NCBI GenBank assembly: GCA_004297305.1
Contig: SCTR01000006.1
Coordinates: 6,129-70,128 of the forward strand
Direction of reading: 5' to 3'
Source: Actinomycetota bacterium
GTDB lineage: Bacteria > Actinomycetota > Actinomycetes > S36-B12 > FW305-bin1
DNA length: 64,000 nucleotides
A model generated the notes under the pieces. The model did no database searches, was not told the DNA's origin, and saw only the letters and a program-made list of their open reading frames with translations. Positions within the stretch are counted from its first letter, which is position 1, and each line of letters begins with the position of its first letter. This document shows, in pieces, positions 1 through 9,934 of this stretch. The position numbers were made by a program, and so were the translations under genes.

Positions 1-86
1 CACGGCTGGACACTATGGTCGCCAGGCTCCCGCCGCCAAGAGAACAGTCGTCTCGTCGCGGGATTCGCTGAGAAAGGTCGGTCGCC

Positions 87-1082
87 GTGCTCGCAGCGCA
101 GGTACCTGTCCACGGAGATCCCGAGGTCATTCAGATCCTCGAGATCCCCGATCCGGTGCCCGGTGCCGGCGAGGTCGTGGTGGACGTCGTGGCCGCCGGG
201 GTGAACTTCCCCGACGTCCTGGTGGTCGCCAACAAGTATCAGGTGTCGATCGAACCACCGTTCGTCCCCGGCACGGAGTACGCCGGTATCGTCCGGTCGG
301 TCGGCTCCGACGTGACGCAGTGGCGACCGGGCGACCGGGTTCACGGCTGGTCGATGGTCGGCGCGTTCGCCGAACAGATCTGCGTACCAGCCGACAGGCT
401 CAGTCGGCTCCCCGACGGCGTCGGATTCGGCGTGGGCGCCACGTACTACGTGCCGTACCTGACCGCGCAGCACAGCCTGCGCTCGGTCGCCGACGTCCAG
501 CCGGGCGAATGGGTTTGCGTCCTGGGTGCCGCCGGCGGAGTCGGCCTGGCGACGATCGAACTCGCGCAGACCATGGGCGCTCGGGTCATCGCCGCGGCCT
601 CAAGTACCGAGAAGCTGCAGCTGTGCCTCGCGCGGGGCGCCAGCCACGCGATCGACTACGTCGCGGACGACCTGCGGGACCGTTTGAAGGAGATCACCGG
701 CCGCGGTGCCGACGTGGTCATCGACCCGGTGGGCGGACGATGGTCCGAGCGAGCGATTCGCGCCACGGCTTTCGGCGGGCGCTTCGTGACAGTCGGCTAC
801 GCCTCCGGAGAGATCCCGCGGATCCCGCTCAACCTGGTCCTCCTCAAGGGCCTGGCCATTCTCGGCATCGACATGCGGACGTTCTCCACCAACGCCCCCG
901 ACCGTTACCGGCGTGACGTCGAGGAACTGGAACAGACCTTGATCAGCGGTCACATCAATCCCCAGGTGGGTGACGTCTGGCCGTTGCGAGACGTCCCGAC
1001 GGCCCTGCGGCGGGTCGCCGACCGGCTGGTCCTGGGCAAGACCATCGTCCACGTCGCCCCGGAGGTACCCCTGCAGATTTGA
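87..1082 (+). CDS. NADPH:quinone oxidoreductase / zinc-type alcohol dehydrogenase (MDR) family protein
   Basis: 331-aa ORF with GTG start. GroES-like N-domain (EVVVDVVAAGVNFPD) and Rossmann motif VLGAAGGVGLATIELA typical of quinone oxidoreductases. Confidence 0.85.
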   Translation: MLAAQVPVHGDPEVIQILEIPDPVPGAGEVVVDVVAAGVNFPDVLVVANKYQVSIEPPFVPGTEYAGIVRSVGSDVTQWRPGDRVHGWSMVGAFAEQICVPADRLSRLPDGVGFGVGATYYVPYLTAQHSLRSVADVQPGEWVCVLGAAGGVGLATIELAQTMGARVIAAASSTEKLQLCLARGASHAIDYVADDLRDRLKEITGRGADVVIDPVGGRWSERAIRATAFGGRFVTVGYASGEIPRIPLNLVLLKGLAILGIDMRTFSTNAPDRYRRDVEELEQTLISGHINPQVGDVWPLRDVPTALRRVADRLVLGKTIVHVAPEVPLQI

Positions 1083-1131
1083 CGTTCTGCCATGGGGGAA
1101 CGTTATTCTGCACGCGGAGAGAGGTGGTGTC

Positions 1132-2199
1132 GTGAGTTCGGTCCGCGAGACAGTGGACTCTGGCGACCTCGGCTACTTGCGTCCCGCCGCTCTCGCCCAC
1201 TGGCTGGACGCGCACGGCGCTCCCGGCGCCGGCGAACCCCTGTCGATCGAACGGCTCTCCGGCGGCACGCAGAACGACCTGTTCGCACTCCAACGCGGCG
1301 AGCACCGCATGGTGTTGCGGCGGCCCCCCCGAGTCGTGCCGAGCGGGCGCGCCCAAGGGATGCGCCGGGAACACCGCCTGCTGCAGGCGTTGCGCGGCAC
1401 CGACGTACCGCATGCGCGCCTGATCGCCGGTGATGACAGCGACGACTTGATGGGCACTCCGTTCTACGTCATGGAGTGGGTCGAGGGCTGGTCACCGACG
1501 AAGCAATGGGAAACCCCTTTCGATGTCGATCTCGAGGCGCGCCGCGAGCTGGCCTTCGAGCTGATCGAGAGCGCGGGGCAGCTCGCCCGGGTCGACTGGC
1601 GGGCCAACGGCCTGGAGGGCTTCGGCCGTCCAGAGGGGTTCCACGAGCGGCAGGTCGACCGGTGGCTGGCCTATCTGGACGAGTACCGGGTGCGCGATCT
1701 CGACGGGATCGACGTCGCGTCGGATTTCCTCCGCCGGCATCGCCCGGACACCTTCACCCCGGGCATCATGCATGGCGACTACCAGCTGTTCAACGTGATG
1801 TTCCGGCACGGGCTTCCGGCCAGCCTGGCCGCGATCATCGACTTCGAGATGACGACCATCGGCGATCCCCTGGTCGACCTCGGTTGGGCCGTGCTCGACT
1901 GGGGACCGGGCTGCGAGGACATCCGGCGCGTCGAGGTCGACCTCGCCGGAATGCCCGAGCCGGCCGAGGCGCTGGCCCGGTACACCGCCGTCAGCGGGCT
2001 GACCACCGACCGCCTCGACTACTACGTCGTCCTGGCCCGCTGGAAACTCGCGATCGTTCTGGAGAAGAGCTACGCGCGGTGGCAGGCCGGCGAAGCCGTC
2101 GATCCTGCGGTGTACCGGTTCGAGGAACTCATCCCGAACCTCATGCGACAGGCTGCCGAACTCGCCAGCACCTCCGACCTCGAAGAGAGACACCTATGA
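1132..2199 (+). CDS. APH/choline-kinase-like phosphotransferase family protein (acyl-CoA dehydrogenase-associated type)
   Basis: In-frame GTG at 1132 preceded by GGAGAGAGG. Kinase-fold motifs LSGGTQNDLF, IMHGDYQLFNVMF and IIDFEMTTIGDP. The upstream part of the 970-2199 ORF overlaps the previous gene. Confidence 0.8.
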   Translation: MSSVRETVDSGDLGYLRPAALAHWLDAHGAPGAGEPLSIERLSGGTQNDLFALQRGEHRMVLRRPPRVVPSGRAQGMRREHRLLQALRGTDVPHARLIAGDDSDDLMGTPFYVMEWVEGWSPTKQWETPFDVDLEARRELAFELIESAGQLARVDWRANGLEGFGRPEGFHERQVDRWLAYLDEYRVRDLDGIDVASDFLRRHRPDTFTPGIMHGDYQLFNVMFRHGLPASLAAIIDFEMTTIGDPLVDLGWAVLDWGPGCEDIRRVEVDLAGMPEPAEALARYTAVSGLTTDRLDYYVVLARWKLAIVLEKSYARWQAGEAVDPAVYRFEELIPNLMRQAAELASTSDLEERHL

Positions 2200-2957
2200 G
2201 CTATCTGGATGACGTGTTCGGCCTGTCAGGCAAGGTCGCCCTGGTCACGGGGGGCAGCCGAGGGCTGGGGCGCGAGATGGTGCTGGCGTTCGCCCGGGCA
2301 GGCGCCGACGTGCTGATCGCGAGCCGGAAGATCGAGACCTGCGACGAGGTCGCCGAGGAGGTCCGGCGTGAGACCGGCCGCCGCGCCGAGACCTTCGCCG
2401 CTCACATGGGTCGGTGGGAGCAGGCCGACGCACTGGCGGACTATGCCTACGAGACCTTCGGGCGGGTCGACATCCTGGTGAACAACGCCGGGATGTCCCC
2501 GCTGTACGACGGTGTGGAGAACGTCACCGAGAAGCTGTACGACGCCACGCTCAACCTCAATCTCAAGGGCCCGTTCCGGCTGTGTGCCCTGGTGGGTTCC
2601 CGCATGGTGCGCGACGGCGGCGGATCGATCATCAACGTCAGCAGCGTGTCGTCGATCCGGCCCGAGCCGGGCACTCTGCCGTACGGGGCGGCCAAGGCCG
2701 GTCTCAACTCCCTCACCCAGGGCTTCGCCCGCGCGCTGGGCCCGACGGTTCGCGTGAACGCGCTGCTGTGCGGGCCGTTCCTCACCGACGTGAGCAAGGC
2801 CTGGGACATGGCCGCCTCCGAGGCGAAGGCACAGAACTTTGCCTCGAAACGTCTCGGCAGGCCGGAGGAGATCATCGGCGCTGCCCTCTTCCTCGCCTCC
2901 GACGCTTCGAGCTACACCACCGGCTCACTGGTCCATTCCGACGGCGGCATGCCGTAA
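2196..2957 (+). CDS. short-chain dehydrogenase/reductase (SDR)
   Basis: ATG 2196 overlaps the upstream stop (ATGA). Motifs TGGSRGLG, NNAG and catalytic YGAAKAG. Confidence 0.9.
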   Translation: MSYLDDVFGLSGKVALVTGGSRGLGREMVLAFARAGADVLIASRKIETCDEVAEEVRRETGRRAETFAAHMGRWEQADALADYAYETFGRVDILVNNAGMSPLYDGVENVTEKLYDATLNLNLKGPFRLCALVGSRMVRDGGGSIINVSSVSSIRPEPGTLPYGAAKAGLNSLTQGFARALGPTVRVNALLCGPFLTDVSKAWDMAASEAKAQNFASKRLGRPEEIIGAALFLASDASSYTTGSLVHSDGGMP

Positions 2958-3022
2958 CGCGGAGACGACGCGACCGCGACCTCGGCGTCGCACGACAGCA
3001 CACCTTGTGGAGGGCTACGAGC

Positions 3023-4300
3023 ATGGCATGGGACTTCATCACCGAACCTGAGTTCCAGGAGAAACTGGACTGGACCAGCGAGTTCGTCCGCGAACACGTC
3101 GAACCGCTCGACGTACTCTGGCCGTGGGACAACTACAAGGAGCTGACCCCGGAGCAGGCAGCAGTCGTCCTGCCGCTGAAGGAGCAGGTGCGAGCCCAGG
3201 GACTGTGGGCCTGCCACCTCGGGCCGGAGCTCGGCGGCAAGGGCTACGGCCAACTCAAGCTGGCCCAGCTCAATGAGATCCTGGGCCGGACCTACTGGGG
3301 ACCACGGATCTTCGGCTGCGCCCCGCCGGACACCGGCAACGCCGAGATCCTCGCCCATTTCGGGACCGCGGAGCAGAAGGCGCGGTACCTGCAGCCGCTG
3401 CTGGACGGCGACATCGTCTCGTGCTACTCCATGACGGAGCCGCAAGGCGGTGCGGACCCGGCCGTGTTCACCACGACGGCCACCCGGGACGGCGACGAGT
3501 GGATCATCAACGGCTGGAAGTACTTCTCCTCCAACGCCCGCTACGCGACGTTCCTCATCGTCATGGCCGTCACCGACCCCAACGCCGGCCTCTACCAGGG
3601 CATGTCCATGTTCATCGTCCCGGCTGACGCTCCCGGGGTGGACATGGTCCGCCACGTCGCGGCCGCCGGCGAGCCGGACGAGCACGGCTCCCATTCGCTC
3701 ATCCACTACGACAACGTCCGCGTCCCCCAGGACGCCATGCTCGGCGGCGAAGGTCAAGCCTTCCTCGTCGCACAGACCCGCCTCGGCGGTGGCCGCGTAC
3801 ACCACTCGATGCGGGCGGTCGGCATGGCACAGCGTTCACTCGACGCGATGGCCGAGCGGGCGCTGAGCCGGGTGACGAAGGGTCAGCAGCTGGCGAACTT
3901 CGAGTTCGTGCAGGGCGACCTGGCCGACTCCTACCTGCAGGTGCAGCAGCTGCGGCTGCTGGTCATGTACACCGCCTGGAAGATCGACAAGTACGAGGAC
4001 TACAACCTCGTCCGCAAGGAAATCTCCGCCATCAAGGTCGCGGCGCCGAAGGTGCTCGAAGACGTTGCGCGCCGCGCGATCCAGCTGCACGGCGCGCTCG
4101 GCATCAGCAACGACGTGCCCTTCATGGGCTTCATGCTGTGGGGCATCCACATGGCGCTGGCCGACGGCCCGACCGAGGTGCACAAGGTCACAATCGCCCG
4201 GCAGCTGTTGCGTGACTACCAGGGCATCGACGAGATGTGGCCCACCGAGTACATCCCGCACCGCCGGGAAAAGGCGAACCAGGAACTGCTCGGCAAGTAG
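3023..4300 (+). CDS. acyl-CoA dehydrogenase
   Basis: ATG 3023 in frame of the 2414-4300 ORF, 425 aa. ACAD-like middle-domain motif YSMTEPQGGADP and C-terminal helical domain. The N-terminal part of the ORF is Arg-rich shadow sequence. Confidence 0.9.
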   Translation: MAWDFITEPEFQEKLDWTSEFVREHVEPLDVLWPWDNYKELTPEQAAVVLPLKEQVRAQGLWACHLGPELGGKGYGQLKLAQLNEILGRTYWGPRIFGCAPPDTGNAEILAHFGTAEQKARYLQPLLDGDIVSCYSMTEPQGGADPAVFTTTATRDGDEWIINGWKYFSSNARYATFLIVMAVTDPNAGLYQGMSMFIVPADAPGVDMVRHVAAAGEPDEHGSHSLIHYDNVRVPQDAMLGGEGQAFLVAQTRLGGGRVHHSMRAVGMAQRSLDAMAERALSRVTKGQQLANFEFVQGDLADSYLQVQQLRLLVMYTAWKIDKYEDYNLVRKEISAIKVAAPKVLEDVARRAIQLHGALGISNDVPFMGFMLWGIHMALADGPTEVHKVTIARQLLRDYQGIDEMWPTEYIPHRREKANQELLGK

Positions 4301-4355
4301 CCGGTCACGCGAGCCCCGTGCCCAGACCTCGCGGGCCGGGTGGTGGGGCGGCGGC

Positions 4356-5048
4356 TCACGGCGCCAGCCGCTCCACCACCCACGCCGCGGCATCGTCGAG
4401 CCGGGCCAGACGGTCCGCGGCCGTGCGGTAGCGGAATCTGTCGTGCAGCCGCGACGGTCGGCCGTGCCACAGCTCGACGCTGCGCGGCCGTACCAGGTAT
4501 CCGCCCCAGAAGTCCGGCACGGGAACAGGTTCCGGCTCCGGGTACCGCGCGGCGACATCGGCGTACGACGCCTCCAGGGTCGCCCGATCCGGTAGCACCG
4601 AGGACTGCCGGCTGGCCCACGCTGCCAGCTGGGACTCCCGCGGCCGGGAGACGGCGTACGTGTCGCTCTCCGACCGAGGCAGCAGTTCCACCGAACCGGC
4701 GACGACGACCTGTCGGCCCATCGCGTACCAGGGAAACACGAGCGACGCCTGCGGGTTGGCAGCCAGCTCGCGACCCTTGTGTGAGCGATGGTTGGTGAAG
4801 AACACGAAGCCGCGACCGTCGATCCGCTTCAGCAGCACCGTTCGCGCGGAAGGCCGGCCGTGCTCGTCCGCCGTGCCGAGCACCATCGCGTTGGGTTCGG
4901 CCACGGCCGCGGCGACGGCATCGGCGAGCCACCCGGCAAAGGCGGCCAGTGGCGTCGCCGGGAGAGTGTCGACGTCCCACGACGGCGGCTCGTATCCGGC
5001 ACGCATCCCCGCGAGGTCGCCCGTCTGGTCCGGCCCGGTGCTGGTCAC
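4356..5048 (-). CDS. pdxH: pyridoxamine 5'-phosphate oxidase
   Basis: Close match to the PdxH pattern: RTVLLKRIDGRGFVFFTNHRSHKGRELAANPQASLVFPW, SRPRESQLAAWAS, FWGGYLVRP, ELWHGRPSRLHDRF. Start is GTG 5048 (alternative ATG 5006). Confidence 0.88.
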   Translation of the reverse strand: MTSTGPDQTGDLAGMRAGYEPPSWDVDTLPATPLAAFAGWLADAVAAAVAEPNAMVLGTADEHGRPSARTVLLKRIDGRGFVFFTNHRSHKGRELAANPQASLVFPWYAMGRQVVVAGSVELLPRSESDTYAVSRPRESQLAAWASRQSSVLPDRATLEASYADVAARYPEPEPVPVPDFWGGYLVRPRSVELWHGRPSRLHDRFRYRTAADRLARLDDAAAWVVERLAP

Positions 5049-5176
5049 CGCCAGATCACACCACCTCCGCTGTCCGGAGCGACCGCCGGAGGAGTTGAAT
5101 GACCGCGACCCCACCCCCGGTCGCCTGCGCCGCACGACGGCGCGGAGGTGTCCAACCGCCCCACGAGGAGTAGCGC

Positions 5177-6304
5177 ATGTCCGACTTCGTCCCCGGACTC
5201 GAAGGTGTCATCGCGTTCGAGACCCAGATCGCCGAACCCGACCGAGAAGGCAGCGCGCTGCGCTACCGCGGCGTGGACATCGAGGACCTGGTCGGCCGCG
5301 TCTCGTACGGCAACGTCTGGGGTCTGCTCGTGGACAACGAGTTCAACCCGGGGCTGCCGCCCGCAGAGCCCTTCCCGATTCCGGTGCATTCCGGCGACGT
5401 ACGGGTGGACGTGCAGTCCGCGATCGCGATGCTCGCTCCCGCCTGGGGACTGCGGCCGCTGCTGGACACCGCTGACGCCGATGCGCGCGACCAGCTCGCC
5501 CGGGTTTCGGTGATGGCGATGTCGTTCGTCGCGCAGTCCGCGCGCGGGCAGGGCACGCCGATGGTGCCCGAGAGCCGCATCGACGAGGCCAGCACCGTGG
5601 TGGAGCGCATGCTCGTGCGGTGGCGCGGCGAACCGGACCCCCAGCACGTGCAGGCCGTCGACGCCTATTTCGTCTCAGCCGCCGAACACGGCATGAACGC
5701 CTCGACCTTCACCTCGCGGGTGATCGCCTCCACCGGCGCCGACGTGGCTGCCGCCATCTCCGGCGCCATCGGGGCGATGAGCGGACCGCTGCACGGTGGT
5801 GCGCCGTCCCGGGTACTGCACATGATCGAGGAGATCGAGCGCACCGGGGACGCCGGGGCCTACGTGCGCGGTGTCCTCGACCGTGGCGAGCGGCTGATGG
5901 GATTCGGCCACCGGGTGTATCGCGCCGAGGACCCGCGGGCGCGCGTCCTGCGCCGGACCGCACGCGAACTCGGCGCGCCGCGGTACGAGGTCGCCGAAGC
6001 GCTGGAACGAGCGGCGCTCGAGGAGTTGCGGTCCCGCCGCCCGGACCGCGTCCTGGAAACCAACGTCGAGTTCTGGGCCGCGATCATCCTCGACTTCGCG
6101 CAGGTGCCGGCCGCGATGTTCACGTCCATGTTCACCTGTGCGCGGCTGGCCGGATGGAGCGCACACATCCTGGAGCAGAAGCGGACCGGCCGCCTCATCA
6201 GGCCGTCGGCGCGCTACGTCGGACCCGGTCCGCGGCGTCCGGAGCAGGTGCCGGGCTGGGACGCGGAGATGGTCGCGCCGTCCGGCTACTCCCCCTCCCG
6301 CTGA
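5177..6304 (+). CDS. citA: citrate synthase family protein (short CitA-like form)
   Basis: 375 aa with citrate-synthase motifs GPLHGGA and GFGHRVYRAEDPR. The pdxH-citA-serC neighbourhood matches other actinobacteria. Confidence 0.85.
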   Translation: MSDFVPGLEGVIAFETQIAEPDREGSALRYRGVDIEDLVGRVSYGNVWGLLVDNEFNPGLPPAEPFPIPVHSGDVRVDVQSAIAMLAPAWGLRPLLDTADADARDQLARVSVMAMSFVAQSARGQGTPMVPESRIDEASTVVERMLVRWRGEPDPQHVQAVDAYFVSAAEHGMNASTFTSRVIASTGADVAAAISGAIGAMSGPLHGGAPSRVLHMIEEIERTGDAGAYVRGVLDRGERLMGFGHRVYRAEDPRARVLRRTARELGAPRYEVAEALERAALEELRSRRPDRVLETNVEFWAAIILDFAQVPAAMFTSMFTCARLAGWSAHILEQKRTGRLIRPSARYVGPGPRRPEQVPGWDAEMVAPSGYSPSR

Positions 6305-6353
6305 GCCGGCCGCGGCAGCGCCCCGGGATTTCCAGACCCCCCGGGGCGCCTAG

Positions 6354-7493
<1,140 letters not shown>

Positions 7494-7500
7494 CGCCCAT

Positions 7501-7548
7501 TCAGCGGCTGCGCCGCTCGACGCCTACTCAGCGGCTGCGCCGCTCGAC
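7501..7548 (-). repeat. 27-bp direct duplication that includes the stop codon and last codons of the 7528-8679 gene
   Basis: tcagcggctgcgccgctcgac occurs at 7501-7521 and 7528-7548. The second copy is the real gene end (..ERRSR*). Each copy carries a GCGGC-tgc-GCCGC hairpin. Confidence 0.8.
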
Positions 7549-8679
7549 GACGACGATGAGGACGGCCGCCGCCAGCACCAGCAGCCCGGCCACCACGGCC
7601 CGGCCCAGCTGCGGCCCCGGCTCGGCCACCGCGGCGGCCGCCGCGGTACCGCCCGCGTCACCGGCTGCGGGAGTTGCTCCCGAGGTCGCCGCTGGGGTAG
7701 CCGCCGGCTGCGGATCGGCGGCGATCGCCGCGGCTGTCCACGCCTGCCTGGGCAGCTCGACCCGCCAGAGCCGGCCGTCCCGTTCGCTGGCCACGAACAG
7801 GCCGCGACCGTCCGAGGTCCAGGCGACGGCCTCGCCCTGAGGTTGGGCGGGCAGCGCCACGCGGGCCAGTTGCTGTCCGGTGGGCACGCCGTCGTACACC
7901 GTGGCTGCCACGTAGTCGCGCAGCACCGTACGGCTGCCGTCGCCGGAGACGGCCCCGTCGGTGATCAGTCCCCCCACCGTCGCACCCTTGACCGCCAGCA
8001 GCGGCGAACGGCCGGTCAGCGGCGGCAGCGCGTAGGCGGCGCCGCTCGCCAGCAGTTTGCTGACCACCCACAGCCGCGGCCGGGTCGGATCGGCCAGCAA
8101 CGCCTCGGCGTCGTGCGACCCGTCGGGATACCGGAAGGAGTACGGCGTCGCGGTGACGGTCTGGTCGACCAGCCGCGCGGGCTCCGGTACGGCGGCCACC
8201 GACACCGACTGCTGGGTAGCGGTGTTGTCGCCGATGTCGCCGACCCACAGCACCGGTCGACCGGCGGCGTCGCTGCCCGCGGCGACGGCCTCGAGATCGC
8301 GCGCCCGGATGCCGGCGATCGTCAGGCGCGCCCGGATCCGGCAGGTCGAGGTATCGAGCGCGTACAACAACGGCCCGCCGCCGGAATCCTCGTGCAACCA
8401 GAGGATGCCGGGATGCCGGGCCGACGGTGCCATCCCGCTGATCTCGTTCAGCCGGTTGTCCGCGATCGTGCAGGCCACCGTCGCCGAAGCCGGCGTGGCC
8501 GGGCTCACGGGAGCGGCGACGACCGGGCCGGCGAACGCCACGGCACTGGCCGGACCCGCGGCCACGACGCCGATCAGGACGATCGCCGCCACTGGCCACC
8601 CGATCCGGGTCCGGCGGCCGCTGCGGCGAGGGTGCCGGAGCCGATCGTGCGGCACGCGGCGAAACGACCGGGCTGGCAC
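7528..8679 (-). CDS. secreted hypothetical protein with N-terminal signal/TM segment and C-terminal Ala/Pro-rich linker plus TM anchor
   Basis: GTG 8679 followed by RR..WPVAAIVLIGVVAAGPASA. The body has the ISGMA...WLHEDSGG...VGDIGDN pattern (beta-propeller-like by eye). The C-terminus LGRAVVAGLLVLAAAVLIVVV-ERRSR is a membrane anchor. The upstream 120 codons of the ORF are low complexity and overlap the divergent gene. Confidence 0.6.
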   Translation of the reverse strand: MPARSFRRVPHDRLRHPRRSGRRTRIGWPVAAIVLIGVVAAGPASAVAFAGPVVAAPVSPATPASATVACTIADNRLNEISGMAPSARHPGILWLHEDSGGGPLLYALDTSTCRIRARLTIAGIRARDLEAVAAGSDAAGRPVLWVGDIGDNTATQQSVSVAAVPEPARLVDQTVTATPYSFRYPDGSHDAEALLADPTRPRLWVVSKLLASGAAYALPPLTGRSPLLAVKGATVGGLITDGAVSGDGSRTVLRDYVAATVYDGVPTGQQLARVALPAQPQGEAVAWTSDGRGLFVASERDGRLWRVELPRQAWTAAAIAADPQPAATPAATSGATPAAGDAGGTAAAAAVAEPGPQLGRAVVAGLLVLAAAVLIVVVERRSR

Positions 8680-8719
8680 GTCGGCGATCTTTGCACCACG
8701 AGGTCCTAACCTTGCGCCC

Positions 8720-9295
8720 GTGAGCCCTACCGAGCCGTCGATCCTGTCCGGCTCCGCCACCGGGCCACGCGGGCCTCGCCCGGTGTGGCCGCGAGCGTTG
8801 GCCGTCGTCGGCGTCGCCGCTGTCGGCGGGCTGCTGGCCGGGGCGGTGTGGGGGCTGTCGGGACGCAGCTCGGGCGCGCCGTCGGCCTCGCCGAGCGGTT
8901 CGCCGACTCCCAGCGCTTCGCCGTCTCGGCCCAACTCCTCGCCGAGTCGCTCGACCAGCTCGCCGAGCAGTTCGGCGAGCAGCTCGGGCCCGGCGGCATC
9001 CACGCCGCCAGCGGCGCCGGCCGGCAACGCGTTGTCCAGCAACGGCTGGACGGTGTCGAACTACACCACGCCCAACGTCGACGGCCATCTCACGGTGAAG
9101 GCAACGGTGCGGCACAGCGGCACCACGGCCGCCACCGGCAACCTGACGATCTTCGTGTACGTCGGGGGGAACCTGGTCGCGACCACCCGCGCGCAGCTCA
9201 CCAGTCCGGTCCCCGCGTCGGGCACCCCGGTGACCTTCACCTCCACCGACCGATGGGTGCCCGGCAGCAAGGTGCTCGTCCTGGCTACCGGCTGA
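8720..9295 (+). CDS. membrane-anchored hypothetical protein (TM helix, Ser/Pro-rich linker, C-terminal beta-rich domain)
   Basis: GTG 8720 in frame of the 8057-9295 ORF. TM segment ALAVVGVAAVGGLLAGAVWGL, then an SPS-rich linker, then a domain GWTVSNYTTPNVDGHLTVKATVRH. Divergent from the 7528-8679 gene. Confidence 0.5.
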   Translation: MSPTEPSILSGSATGPRGPRPVWPRALAVVGVAAVGGLLAGAVWGLSGRSSGAPSASPSGSPTPSASPSRPNSSPSRSTSSPSSSASSSGPAASTPPAAPAGNALSSNGWTVSNYTTPNVDGHLTVKATVRHSGTTAATGNLTIFVYVGGNLVATTRAQLTSPVPASGTPVTFTSTDRWVPGSKVLVLATG

Positions 9296-9353
9296 GATGA
9301 CCGGATCGGACGACGGCGTTCGGCCCGGCGGTGGTCGACGCCACGGCGTCGGG

Positions 9354-9413
9354 CCCGGCGATGTCCCGCCCGGCGATGTCCCGCCCGGCGATGTCAGGCC
9401 CGGCGACGTCAGG
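9354..9413. repeat. 15-bp tandem repeat x4 (cccggcgatgtcccg)
   Basis: Four head-to-tail units at 9354, 9369, 9384 and 9399. They would encode (P)GDVPP/GDVRP if the 9297 ORF is translated. Confidence 0.85.
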
Positions 9414-9608
9414 CTCGATGGTGCCGGCTCGGTCCGGCCTGAAACGGTTGCGCCCCAGCCAGATCGCGCCGGATCAGCGGACGAGGGCGGCCACGACGAC
9501 CGCAAGGACGAGACCCGCGAGCACCACGAGGGTCACCATGCGACGGGTGCGGGCATCCATCCCGGCAGCGTAGGGCCGGCCACGGCCACCCCGGCTCCGT
9601 CGGGTGCC

Positions 9609-9842
9609 ATGGCGCCACTGGACGTCGACGGTGTCGTCCCGGTCGCCGCCCTGACGGCGGCCTGGGCGGTGGCCCTCATCGTGACGGTGCTCAGTCGCGC
9701 GAGCCTCGACAGCGCCGGGCGCGGCTGGTGGGTTGGCGTGTGCGTGGCCGGCGTCATCGTGGGACTGGGCGCGCTCGGATACGTCGTACGCCGCCGCCGG
9801 GTGTACCGCGCGGCACCGGCCGGGCCGGCGACACCGACCTGA
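9609..9842 (+). CDS. DUF2530-like small two-TM membrane protein
   Basis: ATG 9609. Two TM helices separated by SRASLDSAGRGWW, with a C-terminal YVVRRRR, matching the pattern of the small mycobacterial membrane protein next to DUF3027. It may extend to ATG 9297 (181 aa), which is unresolved. Confidence 0.6.
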   Translation: MAPLDVDGVVPVAALTAAWAVALIVTVLSRASLDSAGRGWWVGVCVAGVIVGLGALGYVVRRRRVYRAAPAGPATPT

Positions 9843-9934
9843 GTGACGACGCGGGCCTGAGCGGCGAGTCGGGCCTGAGCGGCGCAGGGCACCCGCCGGG
9901 CCGGTTCACCGGCCGATGGTCGGTATTGCAGCGG

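Noticed and set aside
7658-9505. 615-aa minus-strand ORF (Arg/Gly/Pro-rich)
   Set aside because: It is a typical high-GC shadow frame with extreme Arg/Pro/Gly composition and no recognisable domain. It overlaps two better-supported genes (7528-8679 and 8720-9295) that have signal/TM features.
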